Part shown: positions 22,040 through 32,610 of the stretch, one piece after another
Position numbering within the stretch: position 1 is the first letter of the stretch
Layout: every line of letters starts with the position of its first letter
Assembly (NCBI GenBank): GCA_964399075.1
Contig: CAYNPK010000001.1
Location: 268,400-332,399 of the forward strand
Direction of reading: 5' to 3'
Length of the DNA: 64,000 nucleotides
Source of the DNA: an uncultured Candidatus Saccharibacteria bacterium
Lineage (GTDB): Bacteria > Patescibacteriota > Minisyncoccia > Phycocordibacterales > JACOZG01
Notes under the pieces: generated by a model
Databases searched by the model: none
What the model was told of the DNA's origin: nothing
The model's input: the letters and a program-made list of their open reading frames with translations, nothing else
Program-made: the position numbers and the translations under genes

Positions 22040-23069
22040 CGGCGTGTTGACTACTTTTGCGCTTAGCGACATCGTTAGCGACTTCCATTAACACCACGGC
22101 AATGGGAATAGACAAAATTAAACCCAGGAGGCCAAAGAGTTTAACCCCAGCCAAGAGCGACAAAATAACAATCAAAGGCGGGACGCCAACAATTTTTTTG
22201 ACCACCAGAGGATAAATGAGGTGGTTCTCAAATTGTTGAATAATAATGTATAACCCCACAACCATTAAGCCGAGAGATAAACTATCAGTGAAGCCCAAGA
22301 AGGCGGCCGGTATCGCTGATAAAATCGGACCAAAATAAGGAATAAGCTCAAACAAAGCGGCTAAAATTGCTAAGGATAAAGCGTGATTAACTCCTAAAAT
22401 GGTTAAGCCCAAAAAGACTAGAACTCCAACAATCAAACCAAGCAAGAGTTGCCCTTGGAGCCAGTAACCAATTTTTAGATAAGATCGTCGCCAAAGATCA
22501 AGCACATAAGGCTCATGACGATTAGGGGTAATTAGACGGAGAAAGTTCTCGATGCCCTTATCTTGCACTGCTAAATAAAAAGAAATAACGATGATTAAAA
22601 TAAAGCTGAAGAAGCCACCGAAGACCAAACTAGCAGTTTGGACAAATCCGCGTGGCACACCAGCAAAGCCAGCTTGCAAGGTGCGCAATAGATCACCAGT
22701 AGACAAATCAGTCCCTAGCCCGTCAGCGAAGCGAGCAATAGAACTATCAGCGCCCAAGATTGAAGATAGGTCGCCAATACGTTCAGGCAAGATTACTGAC
22801 AGTTCAGTCACATCGGAAACGATAGGCAAAACTAAGAAAGGCAGGAGGCCGAAAAACAAACCAAAAGTGATCAAATAAATAATTAAAACAGCCAGAACGC
22901 GTGGCAAGTGCAAACGACTTAATTGCTTTGCGGCCGGCTCCAGAGCAGAGGCAATGATGATTGAGACTAACACGATCAAGATTAGATCGCGCAAGAGATA
23001 TAGCGCCCAGGCAATAATCAAGACCACCGCGATCTTGAGAATACTACCGTAAGAAATAGAAGTTGTCAT
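22029..23069 (-). CDS. AI-2E family transporter (PerM/YhhT-like)
   Basis: Multi-TM protein with ELIPYFGP, QQFENHLIYP and GLILSIP. The start was set at ATG 23069. Confidence 0.88.
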   Translation of the reverse strand: MTTSISYGSILKIAVVLIIAWALYLLRDLILIVLVSIIIASALEPAAKQLSRLHLPRVLAVLIIYLITFGLFFGLLPFLVLPIVSDVTELSVILPERIGDLSSILGADSSIARFADGLGTDLSTGDLLRTLQAGFAGVPRGFVQTASLVFGGFFSFILIIVISFYLAVQDKGIENFLRLITPNRHEPYVLDLWRRSYLKIGYWLQGQLLLGLIVGVLVFLGLTILGVNHALSLAILAALFELIPYFGPILSAIPAAFLGFTDSLSLGLMVVGLYIIIQQFENHLIYPLVVKKIVGVPPLIVILSLLAGVKLFGLLGLILSIPIAVVLMEVANDVAKRKSSQHADVG

Positions 23070-23082
23070 AATGATAATCTTA

Positions 23083-24357
23083 CTACAAACGAAGAATTCG
23101 CTCAAAGGGGGTCGGCGAAGCAACTGGACCAATTAAGGCCAGATTGAGACGCTCGTTAAGAAAAAGATCTCTAGCCAATTGCCGAATTTGAGCCGGAGTC
23201 ACCGCTCGCAAGCGTTTAGCAATAGCCTCCGGCGATGACAATTTGCCTCTAACTATTTCCGCCTCACCATAAAAACCGGCCAAACTGCTGGTTTTCTCTA
23301 AACCTAAAAACAAATTGCCAATCAGTGATTCTTTAGCGCGATTTAATTCTGGGAGTGGCACCAATTTAGTTTTTAATTTATCACACTCGCCAAGAATCGC
23401 CTTGACGATTTCTGGCGCGCGAGAGTTATCAGCGCCAACGGCAACTTGCATTACCCCGTGATCAGTGTAAGCATCGTTAGTGGCTCGCACATAATAAGCG
23501 GCCCCCAGCTCTTCGCGAATTCTCACAAACAAACGCGAACTCATGCTCCCACCAAGAACGGCGGTTAACACTTCTAGGATATCATTCTGTGGATGATTAG
23601 CTGGCAAAGCTCGGAAACCTAAAACCAAGTGGGTTTGATCTGATTTTTTGAATTTAACTAAAGTTTGTGGCTTAGTCTGACTCTCGACAACTGCTAACTT
23701 AGATAGCTTGGCTTGTGGTGTTAGGATCTTGAATTGCTGTTTAACCTTATTGAGCACTGTAGCTTCTAACAAAGGTCCGGCAACAACCACCACTGTAGCA
23801 CCAGCAACATAATGCTCGTTGCGATAAGCCAAAAAATCTTCACGCGTCAGAGAGCGAATAATATCTTTAGTGCCAATCACATCCCAACCAGCCGGCTGAT
23901 CACCATAGAGCAAAGAGAGGAAAATATTTTGGACCTGGCGTTGAGGCATATCTTCATACATATTAATTTCTTCAATGATCACCCCTCGTTCTTTGTCAAG
24001 CTCCGCAAGAGGAATAGTCGAATTAAGATACATATCAGCCAAGAGATCCAAGGCCTGATCAAACAACCGGGGCTGAACACTGGCGTAATAACCAGTATAT
24101 TCTTGAGAAGTAAAGGCGTTAAACTGCGCGCCAAGACTATCGAAGCCGGCGCTAATTAATTGTGGCTTAGGACGCTTCTTTGTACCCTTAAAACACAGGT
24201 GTTCTAAAAAGTGTGAGATGCCATTCTGGTCTTTAAGCTCATATTTAGAACCCGTTTCAGCTAGAATTAAAATATTAGTTGCGAGAGCTTCTGGTCGCGG
24301 AACCAGAATAACTCGGACACCATTAGCTAAAGCGTGCTTAGAAAATTTATTTGCCAT
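23083..24357 (-). CDS. M16 family zinc peptidase
   Basis: GISHFLEHLCFKGT (HxxEH), NAFTS and SSRLFVRIREELGAAY. Confidence 0.93.
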   Translation of the reverse strand: MANKFSKHALANGVRVILVPRPEALATNILILAETGSKYELKDQNGISHFLEHLCFKGTKKRPKPQLISAGFDSLGAQFNAFTSQEYTGYYASVQPRLFDQALDLLADMYLNSTIPLAELDKERGVIIEEINMYEDMPQRQVQNIFLSLLYGDQPAGWDVIGTKDIIRSLTREDFLAYRNEHYVAGATVVVVAGPLLEATVLNKVKQQFKILTPQAKLSKLAVVESQTKPQTLVKFKKSDQTHLVLGFRALPANHPQNDILEVLTAVLGGSMSSRLFVRIREELGAAYYVRATNDAYTDHGVMQVAVGADNSRAPEIVKAILGECDKLKTKLVPLPELNRAKESLIGNLFLGLEKTSSLAGFYGEAEIVRGKLSSPEAIAKRLRAVTPAQIRQLARDLFLNERLNLALIGPVASPTPFERILRL

Positions 24358-25549
24358 CTGACAATGCTAGCACAAAATCGGAATTGATGACCACTCGCTC
24401 CTGCTTACCACTATCTCGGTCGCGGAGAGTAACGGTATTGTCAGCTAGGGTTTGAAAATCGATTGTTAAACAAGCGGGAGTGCCAATTTCATCTTGGCGA
24501 CGATAACGTTTACCAATATTGCCATTGTCATCAAAGCAAACATTAGGAATTACAGACTTAATTTGACTATAAATTTCGCGGGCTTTGTTGACTAAATCGG
24601 ACTTGTTCTTGAGTAAGGGGAAAACAGCAACCCTAATTGGCGCCAGCGCCTTAGGTAGTTTAAGAAAGGTTCTAGTCTCTCCCCCTAAATCATCCTCCGC
24701 ATAAGCGCTAACCAAAATTGCCAGAACTGTCCTATCCACTCCGAGCGATGGCTCGATCACGTGTGGCAAAAATCTATCCTTGCTTGCTTCGTCATAGTAA
24801 GTTAAATCTTGTTTACTGTGTGTTTGATGTTGTCGCAAATCATAATCAGTTCGGTAAGCCAAGCCATAGAGTTCCTTCCGGCCAAAAGGAAAATCAAACT
24901 CAAAATCAATAGTCCGATCAGAATAATGAGCTCGTTCGCCATCAGGCACTTCCAACTCATGAACCTGATCGTGGCTCAAACCAATAACTTCCATCCAGCG
25001 CCACATCGCCTGGCGCCACTCCTCAAAGTACTTTTCCCAATCAGCTGGCTTAATAAAATATTCAACTTCCATTTGCTCAAATTCGCGAGAACGAAAAATA
25101 AAATCCCGTGGTGAAATCTCGTTACGGAAAGCTTTGCCAATTTGAGCAATCCCGAACGGCAACTTAGGATGTTCAGAATCAACTACATTTTTAAAATTAA
25201 CAAAAATACCCTGGGCGGTTTCCGGTCTAAGATAAGAAACCTGTGGTTCTAGAGCACCAACTTGAGTTTGGAACATGACGTTAAAAGGCTTACCAGAATC
25301 TAGCGGATCAGTGAAAGTATCAACATGGCCGGAAGCCTGCCAAACCCTCTGATTCATGATGATCGCTGCGTCGAGACCGTACATATCATCACGATCTTGG
25401 ACAAACATCCGCCACCACAAATTCTTAAGGTTATTTTTAAGCGCAACACCAAGAGGACCATAATCCCAAGTACCAGCCAAACCGCCGTAGATATCCGATC
25501 CAGAATAAATAAAACCTCGTCGCTTGGCGAGAGAGATTATTTTGTCCAT
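24347..25549 (-). CDS. glyQS: Glycyl-tRNA synthetase, alpha2 type (short)
   Basis: DYGPLG, LRPETAQGIF, GKAFRNEISP, EPSLGVDR and IGKRYRRQDEIGTP. Confidence 0.95.
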   Translation of the reverse strand: MDKIISLAKRRGFIYSGSDIYGGLAGTWDYGPLGVALKNNLKNLWWRMFVQDRDDMYGLDAAIIMNQRVWQASGHVDTFTDPLDSGKPFNVMFQTQVGALEPQVSYLRPETAQGIFVNFKNVVDSEHPKLPFGIAQIGKAFRNEISPRDFIFRSREFEQMEVEYFIKPADWEKYFEEWRQAMWRWMEVIGLSHDQVHELEVPDGERAHYSDRTIDFEFDFPFGRKELYGLAYRTDYDLRQHQTHSKQDLTYYDEASKDRFLPHVIEPSLGVDRTVLAILVSAYAEDDLGGETRTFLKLPKALAPIRVAVFPLLKNKSDLVNKAREIYSQIKSVIPNVCFDDNGNIGKRYRRQDEIGTPACLTIDFQTLADNTVTLRDRDSGKQERVVINSDFVLALSDGK

Positions 25550-25565
25550 TATTAAATTGTTGATT

Positions 25566-27473
25566 TTATTGGATGACAAGGTCTTGATTAATTTGGAACT
25601 GTGGATCAGCTGTTAAATTAGTATCCAAAGATCGTCGGAGTTCACCAAGAATAGTCTGACGAGTAAAGGTATCCAACCCAGAATAACGAACTGGGCCAAT
25701 TAGCACTGGCGCTTCGCCGACCTGACTGGCGCTCGGTGAAAATTCAATCTGGAAAGCCACCTCGCGCGGAGCAGAATTCAATCCGATACCAGCGCGAACA
25801 TTACCCAGGGTCCACACCACTTCTCCGCCACCACCAGCCGCCTCTTTAAACGAGATATTCTCATTGCTGGGTGTAGAATATCCGGACCATTTGACGTAAG
25901 ACGGGAGGACGGCTGACACCGAGACGTCCTGTAGGTCATTAGAAGAATTAATGAGCGACCAGACGATAGTGTAACTGGTGGTTTGACCAACCTGCGGTGG
26001 CAATCGACCGCGATTTTCTAGGGGTCCGGTAAAGTGTAAAGCTTTAGCGGCTAATTGTAAAACCGAATTGACTAATACTTTCTGACCTAATTTAGTTTCA
26101 ACCACTTCGATATCACCCTTATCGTCAACTCGCTTACCACGAAAGATCGCTTCGATAAGGATTTCGGGATTTTTAATTTGATAGTTATTACCAGAAATCA
26201 AAGACAAGGTAGTGAAAGAATAAGCCAAACTACCCGACTCATCAGGGGCAATTCGCGCCAATTCTGGAACATTAGTCTGGTTCCAAACAACAGTGCTATC
26301 TTGCGAACGATAAAACCCGCGATGAGATAGAACCGAGGCTGGATCCAAAATTTCACCACTAATCTTTAACAATACCTCACCGTCAGTTAGAGGCGTGGTT
26401 AAATTATTATGCCAAGTTAACTCACCTCTTAGACTTTCTCGACTGTTAATACTTATTTCAGAAGCTGAAGAGGTGTTAAGAAGGGAAGCAAGATCAACAA
26501 AGGCTCGTCTAATCGCAACAATCCGGTTAACAGAATCATAAACAACCGCTAACTCATCGCCAGTAGAATTGGGAATGCCAGCTGACACTTGGAAAGATCT
26601 CTGATCTTGATCCTGCCCGGACAAAACCCCCGCAATAGATAGGGAAACCTTAGCCCCAGGCTTCACAACAGGTAAACGCCAAAAGGCATCACCACGAGAT
26701 GGTGAGGGGTAAGCGCTCCTGAAGCTGAATCCCGGCGGATAATCAACCATAACCAATAAGTCAGCCAAATCAGAAGAGGCGCTGGAAGTAAGAGAGATGT
26801 CTAAATTAACTTCCTGGTTAGAATTAACTTCGCTAGGGACGGAAATTTGAAGAGCTAAAGGCGAAGCGCTGACTTTAACTAAGTGGGTTATGGTTGTATC
26901 TAAGATCGCATTAGAATTAGGTAAGCGATATTCTGTTGAGATCTTAACCGGCAAAGTGCTGTCTTGCTGACCGAAAACGATCGCCTTGATTGACTGATTG
27001 TATTGTTCGCCGGGACTAAGATTGCCGAGAGGGAAACGCTCGCGAGTCAAATCTTGAGCAGGAATTTCTGCTGACTTAACTCCTGGCGGATACTCAATAA
27101 TTAAATCAACAAATTCTAGATCGCTATTATTTTGATTAGTAATCGTGACGAGAAGATTTATTTGTTCACCAGAACGAACAGAAGGTGGGCCATCAACTTT
27201 GACAAGAACCTTAGACGACGAGACCACATTACCGCCACGCCAAAATACGGCAAAAGCTAAACCACCCATGATCAAAAAAAATAATAAAGCAACAATTAAT
27301 AATTTCTTTAACAAAGCGGTAGACAAAAATGGGTCAGAAACAGCCTCTTTCCAACCCTTCGGATCGTCATGAGAAATCTGCTCCAGAGGAGAACGGCGAA
27401 CTGGCCTGATCTTGAAAGATCGGCTCTCTAATTGTCGTTTCAGATCGGCAATACTATCATGTTCACTGGGCAT
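25566..27473 (-). CDS. Membrane-anchored multi-Ig-like (DUF11-like) hypothetical protein
   Basis: One TM helix near the N-terminus followed by repeated beta-sandwich patterns (YPPGF..., W.L..V..G). Confidence 0.6.
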   Translation of the reverse strand: MPSEHDSIADLKRQLESRSFKIRPVRRSPLEQISHDDPKGWKEAVSDPFLSTALLKKLLIVALLFFLIMGGLAFAVFWRGGNVVSSSKVLVKVDGPPSVRSGEQINLLVTITNQNNSDLEFVDLIIEYPPGVKSAEIPAQDLTRERFPLGNLSPGEQYNQSIKAIVFGQQDSTLPVKISTEYRLPNSNAILDTTITHLVKVSASPLALQISVPSEVNSNQEVNLDISLTSSASSDLADLLVMVDYPPGFSFRSAYPSPSRGDAFWRLPVVKPGAKVSLSIAGVLSGQDQDQRSFQVSAGIPNSTGDELAVVYDSVNRIVAIRRAFVDLASLLNTSSASEISINSRESLRGELTWHNNLTTPLTDGEVLLKISGEILDPASVLSHRGFYRSQDSTVVWNQTNVPELARIAPDESGSLAYSFTTLSLISGNNYQIKNPEILIEAIFRGKRVDDKGDIEVVETKLGQKVLVNSVLQLAAKALHFTGPLENRGRLPPQVGQTTSYTIVWSLINSSNDLQDVSVSAVLPSYVKWSGYSTPSNENISFKEAAGGGGEVVWTLGNVRAGIGLNSAPREVAFQIEFSPSASQVGEAPVLIGPVRYSGLDTFTRQTILGELRRSLDTNLTADPQFQINQDLVIQ

Positions 27474-27513
27474 AATTTAATTTGTTTATTATAACACGAG
27501 ATATCAAAATCGC

Positions 27514-28104
27514 TTATAGATGACTGTGTTTGATAGCCTGATTAATAACCTGCACCATAATTTGCCTAGTTTTAGTATCTAAAACTAAAGAGGATTCTGG
27601 CCAATTCCACCCATCTAAAAAAGGCTGGATTAGAGCTTGGGATTTAATATAACCAAGCCTATCAAGCAAGCGCAAAACCATGATGAGCTCGAAGGACTGC
27701 AATTCGATGTGATTAAGATCCGCACGATTAAGAAACAAGAGGTCATCTCGTGTTTGGAAAAAGAGAGTTTGATTTTCTTCCGCTTCCGGAACCAGGCGCA
27801 ATAACAAACTCTTAACTCTTGTGGTCAAATAATGTTTATCCAGCTCGTGACGCAAGATTTCCAAATCTAAACGAGACTCCGCATTAACAATCCGCCAAAA
27901 TTCTCTCCCCTTCACCAGAGAAATCTTGAGGACAGACAAATTTTGCAGATTATAACGTAACTTTGACTTGAGATAGCGCACTCCTTGAGCTAGGGCAGTA
28001 ATCAAACCGAAATCGGGAGTTAGTAAATAAAACAAACGATTAGCCTCACCCAGTGAACGACCGGAGAGAATTATGGCCTCGGTAGTATATATTTTATGAG
28101 ACAT
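27514..28104 (-). CDS. recO: DNA repair protein RecO (N-terminal OB domain)
   Basis: YTTEAIILSGRSLGEANR...LLTPDFGLITALAQGVR..KSKL. Confidence 0.85.
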   Translation of the reverse strand: MSHKIYTTEAIILSGRSLGEANRLFYLLTPDFGLITALAQGVRYLKSKLRYNLQNLSVLKISLVKGREFWRIVNAESRLDLEILRHELDKHYLTTRVKSLLLRLVPEAEENQTLFFQTRDDLLFLNRADLNHIELQSFELIMVLRLLDRLGYIKSQALIQPFLDGWNWPESSLVLDTKTRQIMVQVINQAIKHSHL

Positions 28105-28107
28105 TAC

Positions 28108-31100
28108 TTAAACAAAAGTAAACTCTTTAGCATTAACAGCAAGCTTGAGAACATCAGCATGTTTAAGCACCAAATCTCGCCGAGCAAGCGACACAGGCAT
28201 AATAGCTAACTCTCCGGGCTTAAGACCTGATTTCTTGCGCCAATCTTGCAATTTGCGAATCAAATCACGCAACTCCCCCTCTTCTTTAAGTTCCGGAGTA
28301 AGTTCAAGATCTAACTCCACCTCGCTTACTAATTCTGGATCAGAAGAGATCTCTTTAACATTTACCTCATCTTTGATTAAGTCTAACAATTGACTATTAT
28401 TCTTAATTTCTAGCGACATCTTTTTAATTTTAAGCCTGGCTAAAGGCTGACGGACTTTAATCCCCGCCTTAGCTCGCGCCTCCAAACCCAAGGAGACAAT
28501 CCGCCTGACCTCAATCATATCTTCAAGCAACCCTTGATCGACAAGATCAACTACTCTAGGCCAAGAATCCAAATGAACGCTTTCTTGATCACCCTCGAGT
28601 TGACGATAGATTTCTTCAGCAACAAAGGGAGTAAACGGCGCCAAAACTCTAGCTAAGATATTAAACACCTGCGCCAAAGTCGCCGAAGCGTTGACTCTTT
28701 CTTCTTTTGCCTCTGGCTTAAAGCGGTCACGAGAACGACGAACATACCAGACTGAAAGATCTTCAATAAAAATATTAATCACCCGCAAGGCCTGATCAAG
28801 TTCATATCTATCCATCGCTTCAGTAACTTCGCCAACTAACTGATTTAAGCGAGCGATAATCCAACGATCTAAGACATGACGGCTAATTATTTTTTTAGCT
28901 ACTGATTGTTCAACATCAGCATAAGTTTGATAAAACAACCAAACATTATCTAAACGATTAATTACCTTGCGGTAAATCTCACCCACTCCTAATTCAGAAA
29001 AGCAGGCATCTTCCGCCTTCAAGAGAGGTGAACTTAGTAAATAAAATCGCAAAGCATCTGCACCGTATTGATTAAGGATCAAGAGCGGGTCAGGAAAATT
29101 ACCTTTGGATTTAGACATCTTCTGACCATCAGAGGCCAAAACACTGCCGGTAGTAACCACATTTTTAAAAGGAATTTTGTTAAATAAAATAGTCGCCACT
29201 ACGTGCATGTAGTAAAACCAAGTCCGAGTTTGAGCAATATATTCTGAGACAAAATCAGCCGGCACGCGACGTCTAGTCTGTTCTTCCCGCTCGAAGGGAT
29301 AATGTTCGGCCGCAAAAGGCATGGAACCAGACTCAAACCAGCAGTCAACCACCTCCGGAATACGAGACATTAGGCCACCACAGTTGCAAGTTAATTTGAT
29401 TTTATCAATATACGGCCGATGAAAATCCAATTCATAATCATGATTGTGAGGCAGAGGTTTGTAAGAGAAATCTTTAACCTCGCCAGTTAACAAGAAATCG
29501 TCGTGAGTTTCTTTAAAATTAGAAGCTTCCGTCACACCCAAACCCAAGGCGCCGGCAAACAGCATGGTAATCGGAGTCTCGTGAGAAATCAATAAAATAT
29601 TTTTGCCTTGATAGCGACCTTCTAGATCATCAATCAAATTCATCATCCGACGCTTGACCGTCATTAGATCTTCGCCATTCGGACAGCCCTTGGTGAACTT
29701 ATCAATCGGGTTAGAAAAATGATGATAATACTCCGCTACCGGTCGACCGTTGAAGTCGCCGAAGTCAACCTCACGCAAACGCTTATCGTAAATTACTGAA
29801 GCAGTAGGCAGAGACAGTTCTCGAGCAATCAGCTCGGTAGTCTCTCTCGTGCGGACAAAGTCTGAAGAAATAATTAAATCAATCTTAGCCTTTTCCAACT
29901 TAGACAACACAGCCTTAATTTGTTCTCGACCCTTATCCGTCAAGTGGTGAGGATTATCGACACGACTACTGACAATATCTTGCACGTTATGATCGGCTTC
30001 GCCATGACGCATTGCCAAATATTTATTACCAGCGCTAATCGCCTCTTCTTGGAGCTCTACTAGGGAGCTAATCACTTTAACAAACTGACACTGATCACAC
30101 TTCCAAATCGGCAAGGGTGTGGCCCAAAATCGATTACGAGAAATATTCCAATCTGGCGCCCCTGCCATACTCTTGGCAAAGCGACCAAACTTAAGATGTT
30201 CTGGAATCCAATTAATTTCCTGATTCAATTCTCGTAAACGAGGCTTAAGATCCTGAATTTTAATAAACCAAGATGGCACAGCGTAATAATAAAGCGGGGT
30301 CTCGCAACGATAACAATGCGGATAAGAGTGAACAATTTTTTGCTTATCGAATAAAATATCACGCTTGGCTAAAAATTTAATAATCTCAATATCCGTCACT
30401 TGATGATTGTCCTTAGGCTTAACTAGTTGACCGGCAAAATCTTTAACTTCCAGCTGGAAACGCCCGGTATGATCAACATGGACAACAATAGGCAAATTTT
30501 CCTTCTTAGCCAGCGCCATGTCGTCCTCACCAAAAGCCGGAGCGATGTGGACAATGCCGGTACCATCAACAGTATTAACAAAATCAGCGCCACAAACTCG
30601 ACCTTCAGTTAGATAATAAGCAAAAGGCGGTTTATATTTTTTACCAATTAAATCTCGCCCTAAAAATTCTTCCTCAATAGAATAATCTGATTTAATAGAA
30701 GCCAGGAGACGATCTTTAGCCAAGATAAAATATTCTTGGCCAATTTTAACTTTCACATAAGAAATCTGCGGACCAACAGCAACCGCCGTATTGCCTGGCA
30801 AAGTCCAAGGCGTTGTTGTCCACACCAGAAGATAAGTACCCGGCTCGTCAAGCAATTCAAATTTAACAAAAACAGAGATATCAGAAATGTCTTTGTAACT
30901 ATTATCCATCGCGATTTCCGCATTAGCCAAGGGCGTCTCGCAACGAGGACAATAGGGCAAAACTCTAGTGCCTTCGTATAATAAACCCAACTTATTCATC
31001 TCGCTCAAAGCCCACCACACTGACTCGATATAAGTGTTATCCATCGTCTTATAAGAACCAGCGAAGTCAACCCAACGTCCCATGCGCTCTATCACCTTCT

Positions 31101-31494
31101 GCCAATCTGCGACATAAGTGAGAACTTTGTCTCTAGCAGTTTGATTAAATTTATCAATCCCCAATTCTTCAATCTGCTTTTTGCCAGAAATCTTTAATTC
31201 CTTTTCCACGATATTCTCTACTGGCAAACCATGACAATCCCAGCCCCAACGACGCGCCACCCTCTTCCCTCGCATTGTTTGATAGCGGGGAATCACGTCT
31301 TTAATCGCGCTCGCCAAGATGTGGCCATAATGTGGTGTACCGGTAGCAAAAGGCGGTCCGTCGTAGAAGACAAATTCCTCGTCACTGACATTTTTAGCCA
31401 ATGACTTTTCAAAAATTTGCTGTTCTTGCCAAAACTTAAGAATTCTCTCTTCTCGCTTGGCCACTTCTGATTTTTCCGGCAAATTATTCGCCAT
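28108..31494 (-). CDS. ileS: Isoleucyl-tRNA synthetase (type 2) with inserted histidine-phosphatase domain
   Basis: DGPPFATGTPHYGH, GWDCHGLP, WTTTPWTLP, DWNISRNRFW and KMSKSKGN. There is an internal RHGE...SSDFVRTRET...SHE insertion. Confidence 0.95.
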   Translation of the reverse strand: MANNLPEKSEVAKREERILKFWQEQQIFEKSLAKNVSDEEFVFYDGPPFATGTPHYGHILASAIKDVIPRYQTMRGKRVARRWGWDCHGLPVENIVEKELKISGKKQIEELGIDKFNQTARDKVLTYVADWQKVIERMGRWVDFAGSYKTMDNTYIESVWWALSEMNKLGLLYEGTRVLPYCPRCETPLANAEIAMDNSYKDISDISVFVKFELLDEPGTYLLVWTTTPWTLPGNTAVAVGPQISYVKVKIGQEYFILAKDRLLASIKSDYSIEEEFLGRDLIGKKYKPPFAYYLTEGRVCGADFVNTVDGTGIVHIAPAFGEDDMALAKKENLPIVVHVDHTGRFQLEVKDFAGQLVKPKDNHQVTDIEIIKFLAKRDILFDKQKIVHSYPHCYRCETPLYYYAVPSWFIKIQDLKPRLRELNQEINWIPEHLKFGRFAKSMAGAPDWNISRNRFWATPLPIWKCDQCQFVKVISSLVELQEEAISAGNKYLAMRHGEADHNVQDIVSSRVDNPHHLTDKGREQIKAVLSKLEKAKIDLIISSDFVRTRETTELIARELSLPTASVIYDKRLREVDFGDFNGRPVAEYYHHFSNPIDKFTKGCPNGEDLMTVKRRMMNLIDDLEGRYQGKNILLISHETPITMLFAGALGLGVTEASNFKETHDDFLLTGEVKDFSYKPLPHNHDYELDFHRPYIDKIKLTCNCGGLMSRIPEVVDCWFESGSMPFAAEHYPFEREEQTRRRVPADFVSEYIAQTRTWFYYMHVVATILFNKIPFKNVVTTGSVLASDGQKMSKSKGNFPDPLLILNQYGADALRFYLLSSPLLKAEDACFSELGVGEIYRKVINRLDNVWLFYQTYADVEQSVAKKIISRHVLDRWIIARLNQLVGEVTEAMDRYELDQALRVINIFIEDLSVWYVRRSRDRFKPEAKEERVNASATLAQVFNILARVLAPFTPFVAEEIYRQLEGDQESVHLDSWPRVVDLVDQGLLEDMIEVRRIVSLGLEARAKAGIKVRQPLARLKIKKMSLEIKNNSQLLDLIKDEVNVKEISSDPELVSEVELDLELTPELKEEGELRDLIRKLQDWRKKSGLKPGELAIMPVSLARRDLVLKHADVLKLAVNAKEFTFV

Positions 31495-31590
31495 AATTAA
31501 GTCTATCCTAGCATTTTTTGGCCAGAAAAAAAGCCCGCCGGAATACACATCCCGACGGGCCTGGGTCCGAAGACCCGAATGGAGGCCAAA

Positions 31591-31884
31591 TCACTTTTTC
31601 CTCCTCCGCCTCACTGTCTTGGTTGTCTGCAGTTCTCTGCGCGTCCTCTCGGGCCAGGGCTTAGGTGGTGACGACCCAAAACAAAATTCAATATCCGAGA
31701 GCCCCAGCTGTCTTTTCAAATCCTCCATTTGCTTGGCTCTAGCTTCAGCGGCGCAGACGGGACAGATACAAACAGAGCCACCAAGGACCGGGTTCTCCGG
31801 AGTGGATCCGCGAGCCGGTTCTGCGCCGAGGCAACGACTGTGTTCATTTCGGATACAGTTGTAACAAACTCTTAGAACCACCAT
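31591..31884 (-). CDS. Small orphan protein with Cys/His clusters (possible zinc binding)
   Basis: CYNC...H..C and CICPVC. It has a GGAGG SD, a -10-like GATAAT upstream and a hairpin plus U-run at about 31527-31561. Confidence 0.55.
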   Translation of the reverse strand: MVVLRVCYNCIRNEHSRCLGAEPARGSTPENPVLGGSVCICPVCAAEARAKQMEDLKRQLGLSDIEFCFGSSPPKPWPERTRRELQTTKTVRRRRKK

Positions 31885-31958
31885 GATTGATCCTCCATTA
31901 TCACAACAAGGTTCATTTCTATTTTCAGATTACCGCAAAATCATCAATAAAACAAGAA

Positions 31959-31991
31959 GAAAACCCCGGGCAAAATGACGCTCGGGGTTTC
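31959..31991 (-). terminator. Hairpin downstream of remote DGR target
   Basis: gaaaaccccgggc...gctcggggtttc inverted repeat followed by a U-rich tail on the minus strand. Confidence 0.6.
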
Positions 31992-32038
31992 AAAAAACCT
32001 AAGGTTCTAAAAGTTTTAATGACCAAAGTTTCGAAGCG

Positions 32039-32486
32039 CTACTTGATGCGACGGCCAGCGAACCACCAGTCGCCATTCCAGCCATTGTCGCAGCAGTTGA
32101 CGTACACGTCGCGCTCGTCGTTCCAGTGGTTGAAGGCGATGTAGCACCATTCACCGCTTTCGTCCTTCCAGTGAGTGAAGTTGGGATACTGGTTGGCAAA
32201 ATCCGGGTCGGCCTCGTTCACCGCCGCCAGATCGTCGGGAAAGGCGGGGGCGAGACCCTGCAGTTCGCACTCATTCTCCAGATCGGCATCGGTCACGTAG
32301 CGGAAGAGGGGGGAAGAAAATGACCTCTGACTCTTCTCCAATACCACGGGGCATTTTAGCCACTACTTCGGGCTCGATGTACTGAACTCGACGAGTGGCA
32401 TCGAGTACCCCCTGGGAAGTGAGAGTGCGGTTGACTGGGACTCCCGAAACAACAACTAGACCGTTTCGTAGTTCCTGGATAATCAC
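32039..32486 (-). pseudogene. Remote DGR target gene 2, split by +1 frameshift in a C6 run
   Basis: ORFs 32271..32549 and 32039..32347 are consecutive homologs of the 45630 target. Deleting one base at 32308-32313 gives a 148-aa protein from GTG 32486. Confidence 0.85.
32046..32138 (-). repeat. DGR variable repeat VR2
   Basis: 93-nt ungapped match to TR 45180-45272 with 8 mismatches, all at TR adenines (coding strand). Confidence 0.95.
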
Positions 32487-32610
32487 AACACTCTCCTTTC
32501 GTTTTCTGGTTGTTTTCAGTTCCTGCGGGTTGGCACAAACCACACCCAAATCAAAGAACTCTGTTATCTGTTTAGTAAACTATGCTCTAATAATTAATCT
32601 GTCAAGAGAC

